Below are positions 1-9,585 of a stretch of 64,000 nt of DNA, in pieces. Under the pieces are notes generated by a model. That model saw only the letters and a program-made list of their open reading frames with translations. It did no database searches and had not been told where the DNA came from. A program made the translations under genes and the position numbers. Within the stretch, counting starts at the first letter, position 1. Each line of letters opens with the position of its first letter. The DNA lies in the IMG/VR virus record IMGVR_UViG_3300033997_000136, positions 1 to 64,000 of that record. The stretch is one strand, 5' to 3'.

Positions 1-1
1 C

Positions 2-32
2 GAGAAGGGGTAACCCCCTTCTCTTATTTTTT
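2..32 (+). terminator. Intrinsic terminator-like hairpin
   Basis: gagaagggg-taac-ccccttctc (9-bp stem) followed by ttatttttt. Confidence 0.75.
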
Positions 33-40
33 GACGGGAC

Positions 41-442
41 ATGAACATGGCGAAGTTATTAGCAACATTGGATACAGGTGGGTGGGTGCGAGACCCATTA
101 ACAATTGCAACGAAGTTAATGGATTATTATAAAGCAACAGAACACTCACAGTCCAATGAGTTTCAAGCAACAACGTATTCGTTGGCGTATTTAGTCCAAC
201 AGTACGGAAATAAACCTGAAGACTTTGCCAGTAATATGGAACGAGAGTTGCAAAGCATATTCGGTTCACATTTTGAAATGGCGACCGTAAGTGTTAGACC
301 CAATAAAGAAGGTGACGAAAATGGATATTTTGGTGTAGATATTGATGTAAAAATCCAACAGGGTGGAGAAAACTATTCCCTCGGTGCTTTACTCATTACA
401 TCGTCCAGTAACGTCATTAGTTATCAAATCAAAACTGCTTAG
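41..442 (+). CDS. Conserved chimallivirus-type hypothetical protein, possibly virion/baseplate associated
   Basis: 133-aa ORF at the start of the core block upstream of SbcD. Function is inference only. Confidence 0.6.
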   Translation: MNMAKLLATLDTGGWVRDPLTIATKLMDYYKATEHSQSNEFQATTYSLAYLVQQYGNKPEDFASNMERELQSIFGSHFEMATVSVRPNKEGDENGYFGVDIDVKIQQGGENYSLGALLITSSSNVISYQIKTA

Positions 443-460
443 TAAAAGGTATTAAAAGTC

Positions 461-1042
461 ATGCAAATTAATTTAGATTTACGGAACCATTTGATTACTC
501 GTTTAAATCAGTTACAAGCAAATGCGAATGATCTTGCTCATCAGCTTGAACATATGGTTACTGAAATTCGAGAAATCAGTAAAGTGATTATGACTATCCC
601 AGCGGTGATGTCTGAAACTCAGATGCAACAAATCATAGACAACATTCAACAGAATGGTGATATTGTTTTCTCAACTGACTTTAACCGAGCCACAGCTTTG
701 GGTTTTATTACTCACCATATTGAAGATGGTTCGCCGGTTTATACATTTGAATCAGTTCACGCTGAAATCACCGTAGAGACTGCTCCAATCTATCAACGTC
801 TGACCGAGATCTATTCTGCTGACGTTAAAGCAATTATGGACGCAACAGGCAGCACAACGGTCTGGTTCTATGTAAAACCAAAACCAGTCCCTGTTGTGGA
901 TGATACCCACGTAGTACAACAAACAACTGAACAGGTTGCTGTTGAAGCAGTGAAGACCGAAACAACCAATGTGGTTGTTGAATCTCAAAACGTAACGGAC
1001 CCAGTCCAAATTAACACAGCCGATGGCGGCACATCAGAATAA
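461..1042 (+). CDS. Hypothetical protein, N-terminal coiled coil and V/T/Q/E-rich tail
   Basis: 193-aa ORF with aagg SD-like sequence upstream; heptad-like N-terminus. Confidence 0.65.
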   Translation: MQINLDLRNHLITRLNQLQANANDLAHQLEHMVTEIREISKVIMTIPAVMSETQMQQIIDNIQQNGDIVFSTDFNRATALGFITHHIEDGSPVYTFESVHAEITVETAPIYQRLTEIYSADVKAIMDATGSTTVWFYVKPKPVPVVDDTHVVQQTTEQVAVEAVKTETTNVVVESQNVTDPVQINTADGGTSE

Positions 1043-1049
1043 ATAATAC

Positions 1050-1086
1050 GGACTCAGAGCATCCTCTGAGTCCTTAACCTTGTATG
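1050..1086 (+). promoter_or_regulatory. Hairpin followed by putative late (nvRNAP) TATG promoter core
   Basis: ggactcagag-catc-ctctgagtcc (1050-1073), TATG at 1083-1086, next ATG at 1100. TATG is the known phiKZ late-promoter core. Confidence 0.45.
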
Positions 1087-1099
1087 CGAGATTTTAACT

Positions 1100-1624
1100 A
1101 TGGCACATGTAAATCCACAACTTTTAGCAGAAGCCCGCGACACCCAGTTGTTAGATGACATCATTAACATTGGTGAGCGCAATCCACAAGTTCAGTTAGT
1201 CGACTTTAAGAAGTATGTGTTGCCTATGTTGGCAAATCCTGAAACTACCGACTTAAACTGGTATTTGGAAATGGTCGGTTCATGGTATCGTGGTTTAGAT
1301 ATCTATGACGGTGAAACACATGTATTCACAGTACCTCCTTTATTAACCCGCATTGAAACATTAGACAGTGCCGTGGATAAAGGTGAGACCGCCAACATCC
1401 TGGACCGTGCTAACCAGCAAACTCGTACACAACCTCGTGTTGGTATCGAAGCAATGCGAACTGTGCTTATGGAAAAAGTAAAGTTCTCCAGTGACGATGT
1501 TAAGTACAAAGAGATGTGGCGTGAGGTATTAACTACATGTGGCGTTGCATTGCCTGATGCAGCAAGTGAATCTAAAAGCTCGCCCGTAGTTAATCGTGAC
1601 AACTATGACAGCGAAGACCTGTAA
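1100..1624 (+). CDS. Conserved hypothetical protein (core block, upstream of SbcD)
   Basis: 174-aa ORF overlapping the SbcD start; FTVPPL-type motif; synteny. Confidence 0.7.
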   Translation: MAHVNPQLLAEARDTQLLDDIINIGERNPQVQLVDFKKYVLPMLANPETTDLNWYLEMVGSWYRGLDIYDGETHVFTVPPLLTRIETLDSAVDKGETANILDRANQQTRTQPRVGIEAMRTVLMEKVKFSSDDVKYKEMWREVLTTCGVALPDAASESKSSPVVNRDNYDSEDL

Positions 1625-2735
1625 CATCAAAGGGGTTACGTTATCGGATATTCACTTAGGCCACCGAAGAACACCGACTGAGTTCATTGCACGCAACTTA
1701 GAGAAGATGGTATTTACTCGCAATTATGCGGATTTAGATGTCATCTTTATTTCAGGTGATTTGTTTGACAGAACTTTACCATTATCAAGCGATGATTCCT
1801 TTGAGTCTATTCAATGGTTGGGTCGTCTCATTAATTTTGGTAAAGCAAACAAAATAGTGGTGAGGTTGTTAGAAGGGACACCAAGTCACGAGTGGAAACA
1901 AACTCGTATATTAGCCGCCATCAATGAAATTGCAGGCGGTGATTGTGATGTGAAGTGGGTCAGTACACTATCCATTGAACATCATGCTAAACTTGGTGTG
2001 TCTATTTTGTACATCCCTGATGAATGGTCACCAGACCCGGATGATACGTGGAAACAAGTTCAAGCGTTGTTAGCTTCTGAACAAATGACAAGTGTTGATT
2101 TTACCATCATGCATGGTCAATTCCCGTATCAACTTCCAGCTCATGTAAAAGCACCTACTCACGTTCCAGAACGTTATCAATCGATTACGAACTACCTATG
2201 TTTCTGTGGACATGTCCACACACATAGCGTACTCGGAAACATTGTTGTTCCAGGGTCGTTTGATAGACTTGTACATGGCGAAGAAGGTCCAAAAGGATTT
2301 GTAGAATGGACTGTTCGTTCTAAAGACAACTGGGATGTTTCCTTTGTTGAGAACAAAGGTGCAAAACGCTACGTGAATATTGATGTGAAAGGACAATCGC
2401 ATGAAGAGATGTTACTGACTATCGATGCACGTATCGCAGAACTTCCTGACGAGAGTCATATCCGATTAGAGACGTTTAAATCAGACCCAATAGCGGCTGT
2501 TCTTCAAACAGTACGCGTAAATTACCCACAGTTTGTTTGGTCAACACCTAAACTTGTTGATTCAGGAACCGACGTTGCCGAACCTATTATGGATAGGCGA
2601 ATGAAGTTAGAAACTGTGCCTATAAACCCACGCACACTTCCTGATTTGGTGAAAAACGAATTAGTTGCTCGTTCAGTTGATTCGACTACTGCTGAGTTTT
2701 GTTTACACCTGATTAGAGAAGCTTTACCTAAGTGA
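1605..2735 (+). CDS. sbcD: SbcD/Mre11-like metallophosphoesterase nuclease (phiKZ gp65-like)
   Basis: Motifs LSDIHLG, ISGDLFD, LEGTPSHE, MHGQF, GHVH. ATG 1605 preferred over GTG 1596. Confidence 0.9.
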   Translation: MTAKTCNIKGVTLSDIHLGHRRTPTEFIARNLEKMVFTRNYADLDVIFISGDLFDRTLPLSSDDSFESIQWLGRLINFGKANKIVVRLLEGTPSHEWKQTRILAAINEIAGGDCDVKWVSTLSIEHHAKLGVSILYIPDEWSPDPDDTWKQVQALLASEQMTSVDFTIMHGQFPYQLPAHVKAPTHVPERYQSITNYLCFCGHVHTHSVLGNIVVPGSFDRLVHGEEGPKGFVEWTVRSKDNWDVSFVENKGAKRYVNIDVKGQSHEEMLLTIDARIAELPDESHIRLETFKSDPIAAVLQTVRVNYPQFVWSTPKLVDSGTDVAEPIMDRRMKLETVPINPRTLPDLVKNELVARSVDSTTAEFCLHLIREALPK

Positions 2736-2742
2736 TACACGT

Positions 2743-3600
2743 ATGAGTGATTATCAAACGCGTGAAATAACCACAGTCTCGGGTGTGGTTAGAACAGGAG
2801 GTACTTATGACTTATCGATTGGCACATCACTTGCCATAGAAGGGTTAATGGGTACTCATCCTGATAAACCTGCAAACGAAGCGGATGTACATACGGCGCA
2901 AGTCGTCGCTATTAATATCCGAACGTTAATTCGTAATGCATACGAAGCGTTGGGTGAGCAGAAAACCTACACGGGTTATCGGGATTTAGCTGATATTGTG
3001 TATGGTGAGATGGTGTATATTCAAGCCATCCTAAAAGAAGCCAACCCAAAGCTTACCATGAGCTTTTACTACAATAAACAAGAGACGCTTCTGAAGAAGT
3101 TTAAACCCTTATCGTTCAGGGTCGTTGCTACGCCAAAAGCAAAAGCAACGGAATCAACTTTAGATTCAGCGTTTAAGCACTTGCTTTATTTGTGTGATAA
3201 AAACATCTATGTTGCAGATATTGCTACCAATGAAATAAAAGAACAACCCGGAATAGTGATGCTATCACATTACATTCTGGATTTGTTGTTTATCATTGCA
3301 ATGCCATCTGCCTTTTTGTTGGAATCACATACTGGCGTAATGAAAAAGAAGACAGCGTGGGCAACAAAGCTTGGTGAAAAGGAAGCTGCAACGCTTCCGT
3401 TTTGCTTATTTACCATTCGTGTGTTTGGTGATAAGAGTAATGTACTTATGCCGCTTCCCGTTAAGTATCGTCGTGCTATCCTTGAGTTAGCGAAGAAGAA
3501 TCGGTGGTCAATGATTACCACTGTTGATAAAATGCGAATGAACATCAAAACTATTAATGATCAAGATATCCGTGATTTGTTATTATCTAACCTTGTGTAA
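2743..3600 (+). CDS. Conserved hypothetical protein (phiKZ gp66-like), possibly nuclease-fold
   Basis: 285 aa between SbcD and the ChmC-like gene. No catalytic motif I can confirm. Confidence 0.6.
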   Translation: MSDYQTREITTVSGVVRTGGTYDLSIGTSLAIEGLMGTHPDKPANEADVHTAQVVAINIRTLIRNAYEALGEQKTYTGYRDLADIVYGEMVYIQAILKEANPKLTMSFYYNKQETLLKKFKPLSFRVVATPKAKATESTLDSAFKHLLYLCDKNIYVADIATNEIKEQPGIVMLSHYILDLLFIIAMPSAFLLESHTGVMKKKTAWATKLGEKEAATLPFCLFTIRVFGDKSNVLMPLPVKYRRAILELAKKNRWSMITTVDKMRMNIKTINDQDIRDLLLSNLV

Positions 3601-3648
3601 AATAATACTATTACGCGCTATCTAATGTATCAAAACGGAGAATACGCC

Positions 3649-4425
3649 ATGAGCGAACAACAATCAGAAAGTCAGGGGTTTTTAGCGATACTGCGAAACC
3701 CGAAGTTTAAGTTACGTGCACCAAAAGTAGATGGGGGTCGCAGTAATCCCACGTTTGGTTTTGATGTCTACAAAGGTATTCCAAGTATCTCTGTATTTAC
3801 CAATCATCCTAACGATGAAGGTAAAAAACCTATTCGCATCGGTTTTTCATTAAACTGGTTTAAGATGTTAGTGAAGACCGTTCAAATGGTTGCCACGAAG
3901 TATGAACCAGGTACATCACGTGCTATCGCTTGTTACAGCGGCCAACCAGGTAACAAACAGAAAGTAGGTGACGTTGACATCGGTAAAGATTCCAACGGCA
4001 TTATGTACGTTGGCATTATTGTTGATGGTTATCACAAACAGCGCTGGCCAATCCAAGGCGACGGTTACCACACTATCCGCGATAGTCGTACAGGTGACAT
4101 CATTAAAGATTCTGAAGAGTCTTGTTTGCTGGCTGTGACCTATTTTGAGATGATTTATGAAATTGTCTTTGAACTGGTAGGTCGCACGTATGAAGAGCCA
4201 CCAAAGCAACAAGGTGGTGGTAAAGGCAACTACGGCGGTAATAAAGGTAATTACGGCGGCGGAAATAAAGGCGGGTACAACAACCGCGATAATCGCAGCG
4301 GTGGTTACAACAACAATGGAAATAACAACAATCGTCCACAAGGTGGCGGTGGTGGTTATGACCAATCAAACGACCGTGGTGGTCATTCGTTTGATGTTGA
4401 AATGGATGATGACATCCCGATGTAA
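3649..4425 (+). CDS. chmC: ChmC-like phage-nucleus-associated nucleic-acid-binding protein
   Basis: Folded N-domain plus G/N/Y/R-rich disordered tail ending MDDDIPM; directly upstream of the gp68-like gene; GGAG SD before ATG 3649. Confidence 0.7.
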   Translation: MSEQQSESQGFLAILRNPKFKLRAPKVDGGRSNPTFGFDVYKGIPSISVFTNHPNDEGKKPIRIGFSLNWFKMLVKTVQMVATKYEPGTSRAIACYSGQPGNKQKVGDVDIGKDSNGIMYVGIIVDGYHKQRWPIQGDGYHTIRDSRTGDIIKDSEESCLLAVTYFEMIYEIVFELVGRTYEEPPKQQGGGKGNYGGNKGNYGGGNKGGYNNRDNRSGGYNNNGNNNNRPQGGGGGYDQSNDRGGHSFDVEMDDDIPM

Positions 4426-4442
4426 GATGGTAAGTCCATATA

Positions 4443-4473
4443 AGGAGGAGAGAGAAATCTCTCCTCCTGTATG
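4443..4473 (+). terminator. GAAA-tetraloop hairpin (no U-tract) followed by TATG
   Basis: aggaggagaga-gaaa-tctctcctcct (11-bp stem), TATG at 4470-4473. Confidence 0.5.
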
Positions 4474-4490
4474 ATGTTGAACAAGATTAC

Positions 4491-4511
4491 AAACATACAT
4501 TATAAGAATGA
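4491..4511 (+). promoter_or_regulatory. Putative early (virion RNAP) promoter motif, copy 1
   Basis: aaacatacattataagaatga; same motif at 9501, 22122, 23325, 55953, 58900. Confidence 0.6.
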
Positions 4512-4544
4512 TATTCCCCACAGAATTATAAACAAGGACACCTC

Positions 4545-6116
4545 ATGCGATTCATCGATTTGACTTTACCGAATGATCCATTGACTAAAATAGCCATTGA
4601 GCATAATGGTCAGCAAATTCCATGGGATGTAACGTTTTACAATAAATCAAAGAACGTAAACTTTGACGGTATGTTCAGACATATCAACGACTATTTTAAA
4701 ACGCTATCTCCACAACAACAAGACACCATGTTTGAAACCTATCAGTCGATTAAAACAGCGATTAAAACGATGGTAGACGTGTTGGGTTTACAAACAGTGT
4801 TGATTCGTCTTGTTCGTAAGTTGTACGAACACATTGAGTTTAACAAACTACACGAATACGTTCGTGTATGCACAACACGCAGCATTCGTGTTCCATCGAC
4901 CATTAAGCACACGTACGCTGAATTGGAGATTTCTGAACGCAATCAAACGGAAAACAACTACCGCAGTAAAACGTATCTTTACGATGAATACGTAGAGCTA
5001 TTAACGCTGGCGTTAGCTTCTCGTTTGATGGCACCTGTGTGGGCTGAGTACATGACGACGTTGGATTCTACAATAAACAGTAACCACAAAGAGTTACATG
5101 CATTGAGTTTACTAAGTCGCACTGGATTACCGAATACAGCAGCGTATGTTCGTTTGCAGGAATATGTGGGAACCATCACGATTCAACAAAAGTCGCTTAC
5201 ATCAGCCATCATTGAAGGTTTAGGTACGTCACAAATGCCTGAATGGTTGTTAAGTAGTGTACTGGTTCGTAAGTTGACCATTGTTGAACTATCTAGTCAG
5301 CTCACTGAAAAGGCTGATGACAACAACGTAGTGAGTGTGGTTTGGAAGTATGTGAATAACATTATCAAATCCATTGACCGCAAACACACAGGGTACATTC
5401 GTGAAAAAGAAGTACCTCGTGATGATGGTGATGAACCAGATAGTAAATCGATTGTAGAGACGTACAAGATACGTGAAGCATTATCCGTAGGCGATATTAC
5501 AGCACCCTCTGTGTATGCTGAAGACCCATTCCGTATTGCTATTGACATTGACCCTACAATTCCTGATGAGTACATTCATTTGTCTTCAGGTATTTTAGAT
5601 GACAACACTGCACACATTCACTTTAGACCGTGGCAGTTTTACATGATGTCAATGATTATGGATAGTGTCTTATCGTGTCGTGCACCGATTGACATCAATC
5701 GTTTACCTATCTTAAGTTGTTTTGCAGCAGCTCAAGCGTTATTGTTTCATTGGGGGCATAAAGAATTGGCATTGCTCATTACAGCAAAGCAGGATGTTGA
5801 TTCTGAAGGGCGTTTATGTGGTGGGATAGAATCTCGCAATCGGATTCCAAATGAATACGTAGAAAAGTTTAAGCGATTGTACAAGTACAATCGTGTACAA
5901 GGGAGTTCTCGTTCAACGGATAGGCAAACTAACGTTGGATGTCGTTCTGTGGATGCATTTGCGTTAGAGCTGGTTCTTTGTGACTGGCGATTAACATGCG
6001 ATCCATGGTTCATCGAACAAGCTGACTTAGGTCATCACTTGCAACCTGACAATGTGATGATTGTTCCTGCAGACGTGCGGGTTCTGTTAGCTAAGTTTTT
6101 AGAACAAATAGCATAA
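4545..6116 (+). CDS. Non-virion RNA polymerase specificity (sigma-like) subunit, phiKZ gp68-like
   Basis: 523 aa; position between ChmC-like and PicA-like genes in the nvRNAP operon; early promoter motif upstream. Confidence 0.75.
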   Translation: MRFIDLTLPNDPLTKIAIEHNGQQIPWDVTFYNKSKNVNFDGMFRHINDYFKTLSPQQQDTMFETYQSIKTAIKTMVDVLGLQTVLIRLVRKLYEHIEFNKLHEYVRVCTTRSIRVPSTIKHTYAELEISERNQTENNYRSKTYLYDEYVELLTLALASRLMAPVWAEYMTTLDSTINSNHKELHALSLLSRTGLPNTAAYVRLQEYVGTITIQQKSLTSAIIEGLGTSQMPEWLLSSVLVRKLTIVELSSQLTEKADDNNVVSVVWKYVNNIIKSIDRKHTGYIREKEVPRDDGDEPDSKSIVETYKIREALSVGDITAPSVYAEDPFRIAIDIDPTIPDEYIHLSSGILDDNTAHIHFRPWQFYMMSMIMDSVLSCRAPIDINRLPILSCFAAAQALLFHWGHKELALLITAKQDVDSEGRLCGGIESRNRIPNEYVEKFKRLYKYNRVQGSSRSTDRQTNVGCRSVDAFALELVLCDWRLTCDPWFIEQADLGHHLQPDNVMIVPADVRVLLAKFLEQIA

Positions 6117-6138
6117 TAAACCTAAAAAGGTAAACCTC

Positions 6139-7791
6139 ATGAGTCATAGTAACTTTTTAAACCAAAACGATACCGCAACGTTTGTGTGTAATAAGTCAGA
6201 GTGGCAACTCTCTGGTACATACGACGATATTCACTTGCGTCCGTTTGTTCCGCATTTTGATGGTCATATTCAAAACGAACTGGATGAAGCAACCGAAGGT
6301 GGTGCTAACTTCAGCCGTGAAGCATTAGTGGGTGTTGCTCCAAAGATTATTCAAATCTCCAGCGATGTTCACTGTGCAGCTCCTATTGTAAACGGGTTTA
6401 ACGAAGAACGTTACCATTTCTGTATTGACATCAGCCCACGGTCTCGTGGTGGTATTCAGTCAGACATGCGTTACATCTTAACTGGGTATTCGGATTATGC
6501 AGGTGCAAATGACCACGGTACACGCGGTGTCACTATTGACCCAGATTTGCGTCTGTACCTAAATGCAGCATATGTTGTTCGTGATACAGTTGCAGCGTAT
6601 GGTCACGGTGTTCATTCAGTAATTACTGAGTCTCACCAGTTCCTTCACAATCCAAAAGCAGCCAATGACTTCATGGAAAGCATTTCGCTCTTTGCACAGC
6701 GTCCTGAAGATGTGTTCGGTTTGATTGACCAAAACACAAACCCGCTGATGGACCGTGTTAACCAAAACGCAGGGTATCGTGTTGACGACTACAGAAACTC
6801 TGTAAACGTAAGCATGAAACGAAATCGTCGTGATATGAACACCAGCGCAGGTTGGTTATCTAACACGTTAGGTTCGTTTGCAAGTGCTGTGAAATCAAAC
6901 ACAGACACTGAAGACTCAGCGACGTTTGTTGGTGAAGATGATAACGTCTATTCAAAAGCTCGCGATAAAAGTCGTGAACGCAGTTTAGGTTCATCCCCTT
7001 TACTCAGAACGTTAGTTGTTAACTACGACTTAACCAAAAACGGTTATATCACGTACAGTGATTTGTGTGCAGTGATAGCTGACCTAGACCGCGTGACGGT
7101 GATTAACACACCATCGTACGGTTTATACAGTCGTGGTTCTCAGGAACACTGGCATGGCTCGGATGATGGTGCTGTGGCATGTCAAATGATTTTGACGCAG
7201 TTACCTTCTATCCTTCAGCGACACTGTATCGGTGCGTTTAGCTTTCATGCGACAAACACACTAACAAGTGCGCAGATTGCAATGTTACCTCGTGGAACCT
7301 ATGTCGATAGTTACGATGTAAGTTCATCCCACGTGATTACTCCGTTGTCGTTTGATAGCTTTGCAAGCAACGTAGATTTGAGTCAGGATATTTACATTGC
7401 GATGGAATCCATTGCGCGTGAAATCTTGGCACCATTGTCTATGAACCATCAACTGGACTACGATGTAACTGTAAACTGTGATATGTTAGGTGACACCAGT
7501 GTATCAATTAGCATTGGTGATGACAGAGCCATCACAGACAGAACAGCACCTAGCTTCTGCGACCACTTGTATTCGCCTAACTTAACTGACCAGCAATACG
7601 GTACAGAGGACATGTTAAGCGATGTATGCGACATGTTAGGTCATGTTCGTAAACGTGTGACCAGTTGGGAAAGTGAACCGCAAGAAATTATAACGAGCAC
7701 TCGTGATATCCCAGCACGCCATATTGCAGCGCGACAAGACCGTGCTCCAGTTCAAACACCAACACGCCCAGCGCGTCGTTCTTCATGGTAA
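6139..7791 (+). CDS. picA: PicA/Imp1-like phage-nucleus protein import factor (phiKZ gp69-like)
   Basis: 550 aa immediately after the gp68-like gene. The assignment is mainly synteny. Confidence 0.62.
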   Translation: MSHSNFLNQNDTATFVCNKSEWQLSGTYDDIHLRPFVPHFDGHIQNELDEATEGGANFSREALVGVAPKIIQISSDVHCAAPIVNGFNEERYHFCIDISPRSRGGIQSDMRYILTGYSDYAGANDHGTRGVTIDPDLRLYLNAAYVVRDTVAAYGHGVHSVITESHQFLHNPKAANDFMESISLFAQRPEDVFGLIDQNTNPLMDRVNQNAGYRVDDYRNSVNVSMKRNRRDMNTSAGWLSNTLGSFASAVKSNTDTEDSATFVGEDDNVYSKARDKSRERSLGSSPLLRTLVVNYDLTKNGYITYSDLCAVIADLDRVTVINTPSYGLYSRGSQEHWHGSDDGAVACQMILTQLPSILQRHCIGAFSFHATNTLTSAQIAMLPRGTYVDSYDVSSSHVITPLSFDSFASNVDLSQDIYIAMESIAREILAPLSMNHQLDYDVTVNCDMLGDTSVSISIGDDRAITDRTAPSFCDHLYSPNLTDQQYGTEDMLSDVCDMLGHVRKRVTSWESEPQEIITSTRDIPARHIAARQDRAPVQTPTRPARRSSW

Positions 7792-7804
7792 CAAGGAAAA
7801 CCTG

Positions 7805-9076
7805 ATGTCAAAAAGTCAACCGTTACTGGATTTTTACGAATCCTTTGCTGCAGCCATGTTCATTCAGTTTGATGAAGAAGGTTTAGCAAACATTGTTATT
7901 CCTGATGCAAAACCGACACCGATGACCATTGGTGACAATCGGGTTGCATTACCCACGCCGCAAATCTTAAAAGATGGTTTAGGTGCTGCAACAAATCGCG
8001 TTGCATTCCACCCACTGTCTGAAAACATCATGCGTGGTGAATCTGATATATTCAAATTCATTAAGCGCATGGCTGTATTCCGCTTTAACTACACAGCGAC
8101 AATAGTTGCTGAAGAGTTAGCAAAGATTGCAGCAGACCCAGAACTTCAGGCTCCGTTAAATCCAGCACAACAAGCGTTTCTGTTGCACATGGATGAAACC
8201 AAACCTGTGGACTTGACTAAGCTTGATTCAATCAATCAAGCCGTTGTAGGCGGTCGTTCACTGATTAACATGTACATGCAACGTACGTACCCGTTAGACG
8301 GTATTGAGTATCGTCGTGTGTGTATGGTGAACTTCCCTATTCTGGATGAACTGGAACGTGATGATAAGATTATCTTTGATGTAGACACCGGTAGCAAACG
8401 TGCAAAAGGTCAGATTTCTGCATTGTTTAAATACATCATTGGTGATTTAGATTCAAACGCATACAGTGTCGGCGTAGATTCATCAACTGCACCGTATTTG
8501 ACTGCACTGCTTGAATCGTTCTACTTATTAGCGAAACAACTGAACAGTCTTATCAAGTTATTTGGTAAATCTGTACCCCAGTTAAAATCGCTGATTATTC
8601 CTGTAGACTGGTATAAGCAGATGAAGCATCTGGATGCGTATCGTGACCTTATCCGCCCATTGGCAGGTAATGAAGGTACGACCGTTGCTGGCGAAGAAGT
8701 AGAAGAGCAAGTTTCTGAAAAACCAAAACGTCAAGTGAAGTTACCTACAGTAAGTCCATCTAAACCTGCACAAACACAAGCAGATGACGATGACTTACCA
8801 TGGGATGACCCAAAACCACAATCTCGTCGTGTGGTTCGTGATGTTGAACCTGAGCCATCAATCGATGACAATGGTGAACGATTGGCGAAATGGAAATCTC
8901 CTTCTGCTGCACCACGTGTATCACCTTTAAGTCAAGGTGGTCGTCCGGGTTATCAACGACCAGGTGCAAATCGCCCAAGCTACTTACCAGACCCAGACCG
9001 GAATCCATTTCAGGCTAATCAGGTAAGACAACCGCAACGTGGTGGTTATAATCCAAACCGCCGCAATGGTTGGTAG
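7805..9076 (+). CDS. Conserved core protein (phiKZ gp70-like) with disordered R/P/G/N-rich C-terminus
   Basis: AAGGA SD then ATG 7805; FHPLSEN motif; follows the PicA-like gene. Confidence 0.7.
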   Translation: MSKSQPLLDFYESFAAAMFIQFDEEGLANIVIPDAKPTPMTIGDNRVALPTPQILKDGLGAATNRVAFHPLSENIMRGESDIFKFIKRMAVFRFNYTATIVAEELAKIAADPELQAPLNPAQQAFLLHMDETKPVDLTKLDSINQAVVGGRSLINMYMQRTYPLDGIEYRRVCMVNFPILDELERDDKIIFDVDTGSKRAKGQISALFKYIIGDLDSNAYSVGVDSSTAPYLTALLESFYLLAKQLNSLIKLFGKSVPQLKSLIIPVDWYKQMKHLDAYRDLIRPLAGNEGTTVAGEEVEEQVSEKPKRQVKLPTVSPSKPAQTQADDDDLPWDDPKPQSRRVVRDVEPEPSIDDNGERLAKWKSPSAAPRVSPLSQGGRPGYQRPGANRPSYLPDPDRNPFQANQVRQPQRGGYNPNRRNGW

Positions 9077-9083
9077 TAAAACG

Positions 9084-9124
9084 GAATAAGAGGAAGGGCA
9101 ATCGCCCTTCCCTTTATTTTTTGT
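9084..9124. terminator. Bidirectional terminator, copy A of a dispersed repeat
   Basis: gaataagaggaagggcaatcgcccttccctttattttttgt between converging genes; 40/41 identical to the copies at 16288 and 27607. Confidence 0.8.
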
Positions 9125-9477
9125 TAGGTATAGATGTTTGTGTTTGGATAGTTAACTCGATGCTGTCGAAACAACTCTTCCATGACAGTGTCATTTGGTA
9201 CAATGATTCGATTGACGTCACCATTAAAATCCAACGGAGAAGTCATTCCATTGGCTCGCAGAATAACGTAGTGGTAACGTTTAGCGATGTTTAAGTTAAA
9301 CAGAACACTATAGAAATCACCTTGTCTATTTTCAGCAAGTTGTGGTTCTAAGTCAATGTGAAGATAGTTCGATGGTTGTGTTAATAACCATAAATGCGAT
9401 TCAACCAAATGTCTCCAATGGTCCGTATAAAACATATCAGGACCTTGGTCTGGTAGTTGGTTCATCAACGCCACCAT
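9124..9477 (-). CDS. Small conserved protein, LysM/baseplate-wedge-like (inference)
   Basis: 117 aa; GDFYSVL...YHYVILRANGMTSP...IIVP pattern resembles LysM-type wedge proteins; lies antisense between gp70-like and RNAP beta. Confidence 0.6.
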   Translation of the reverse strand: MVALMNQLPDQGPDMFYTDHWRHLVESHLWLLTQPSNYLHIDLEPQLAENRQGDFYSVLFNLNIAKRYHYVILRANGMTSPLDFNGDVNRIIVPNDTVMEELFRQHRVNYPNTNIYT

Positions 9478-9500
9478 TGGATATTCCTCTATAAAAAAAC

Positions 9501-9521
9501 AAACCTATATCATAACTGTGA
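9501..9521 (+). promoter_or_regulatory. Putative early promoter motif, copy 2
   Basis: aaacctatatcataactgtga upstream of nvRNAP beta. Confidence 0.65.
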
Positions 9522-9585
9522 GTTATCTTTACGATAACCTAAAGAAAACATCCCCACATATCAGAAATAGAAAATAAGGTTTCAC

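Noticed and set aside
3916-4474. Overlapping ORFs 3916..4365, 4103..4369 and 4190..4474
   Set aside because: They are shadows of the stop-poor G/N repeat of the ChmC-like gene, giving low-complexity translations with no SD.
7703-7804. Long gene overlaps implied by ORF-track starts (7703, 11729, 15846, 25353, 46118, 55970, 57150) as further frameshift sites
   Set aside because: Each has a downstream ATG with a good SD and no slippery heptamer in the overlap, unlike 21580.
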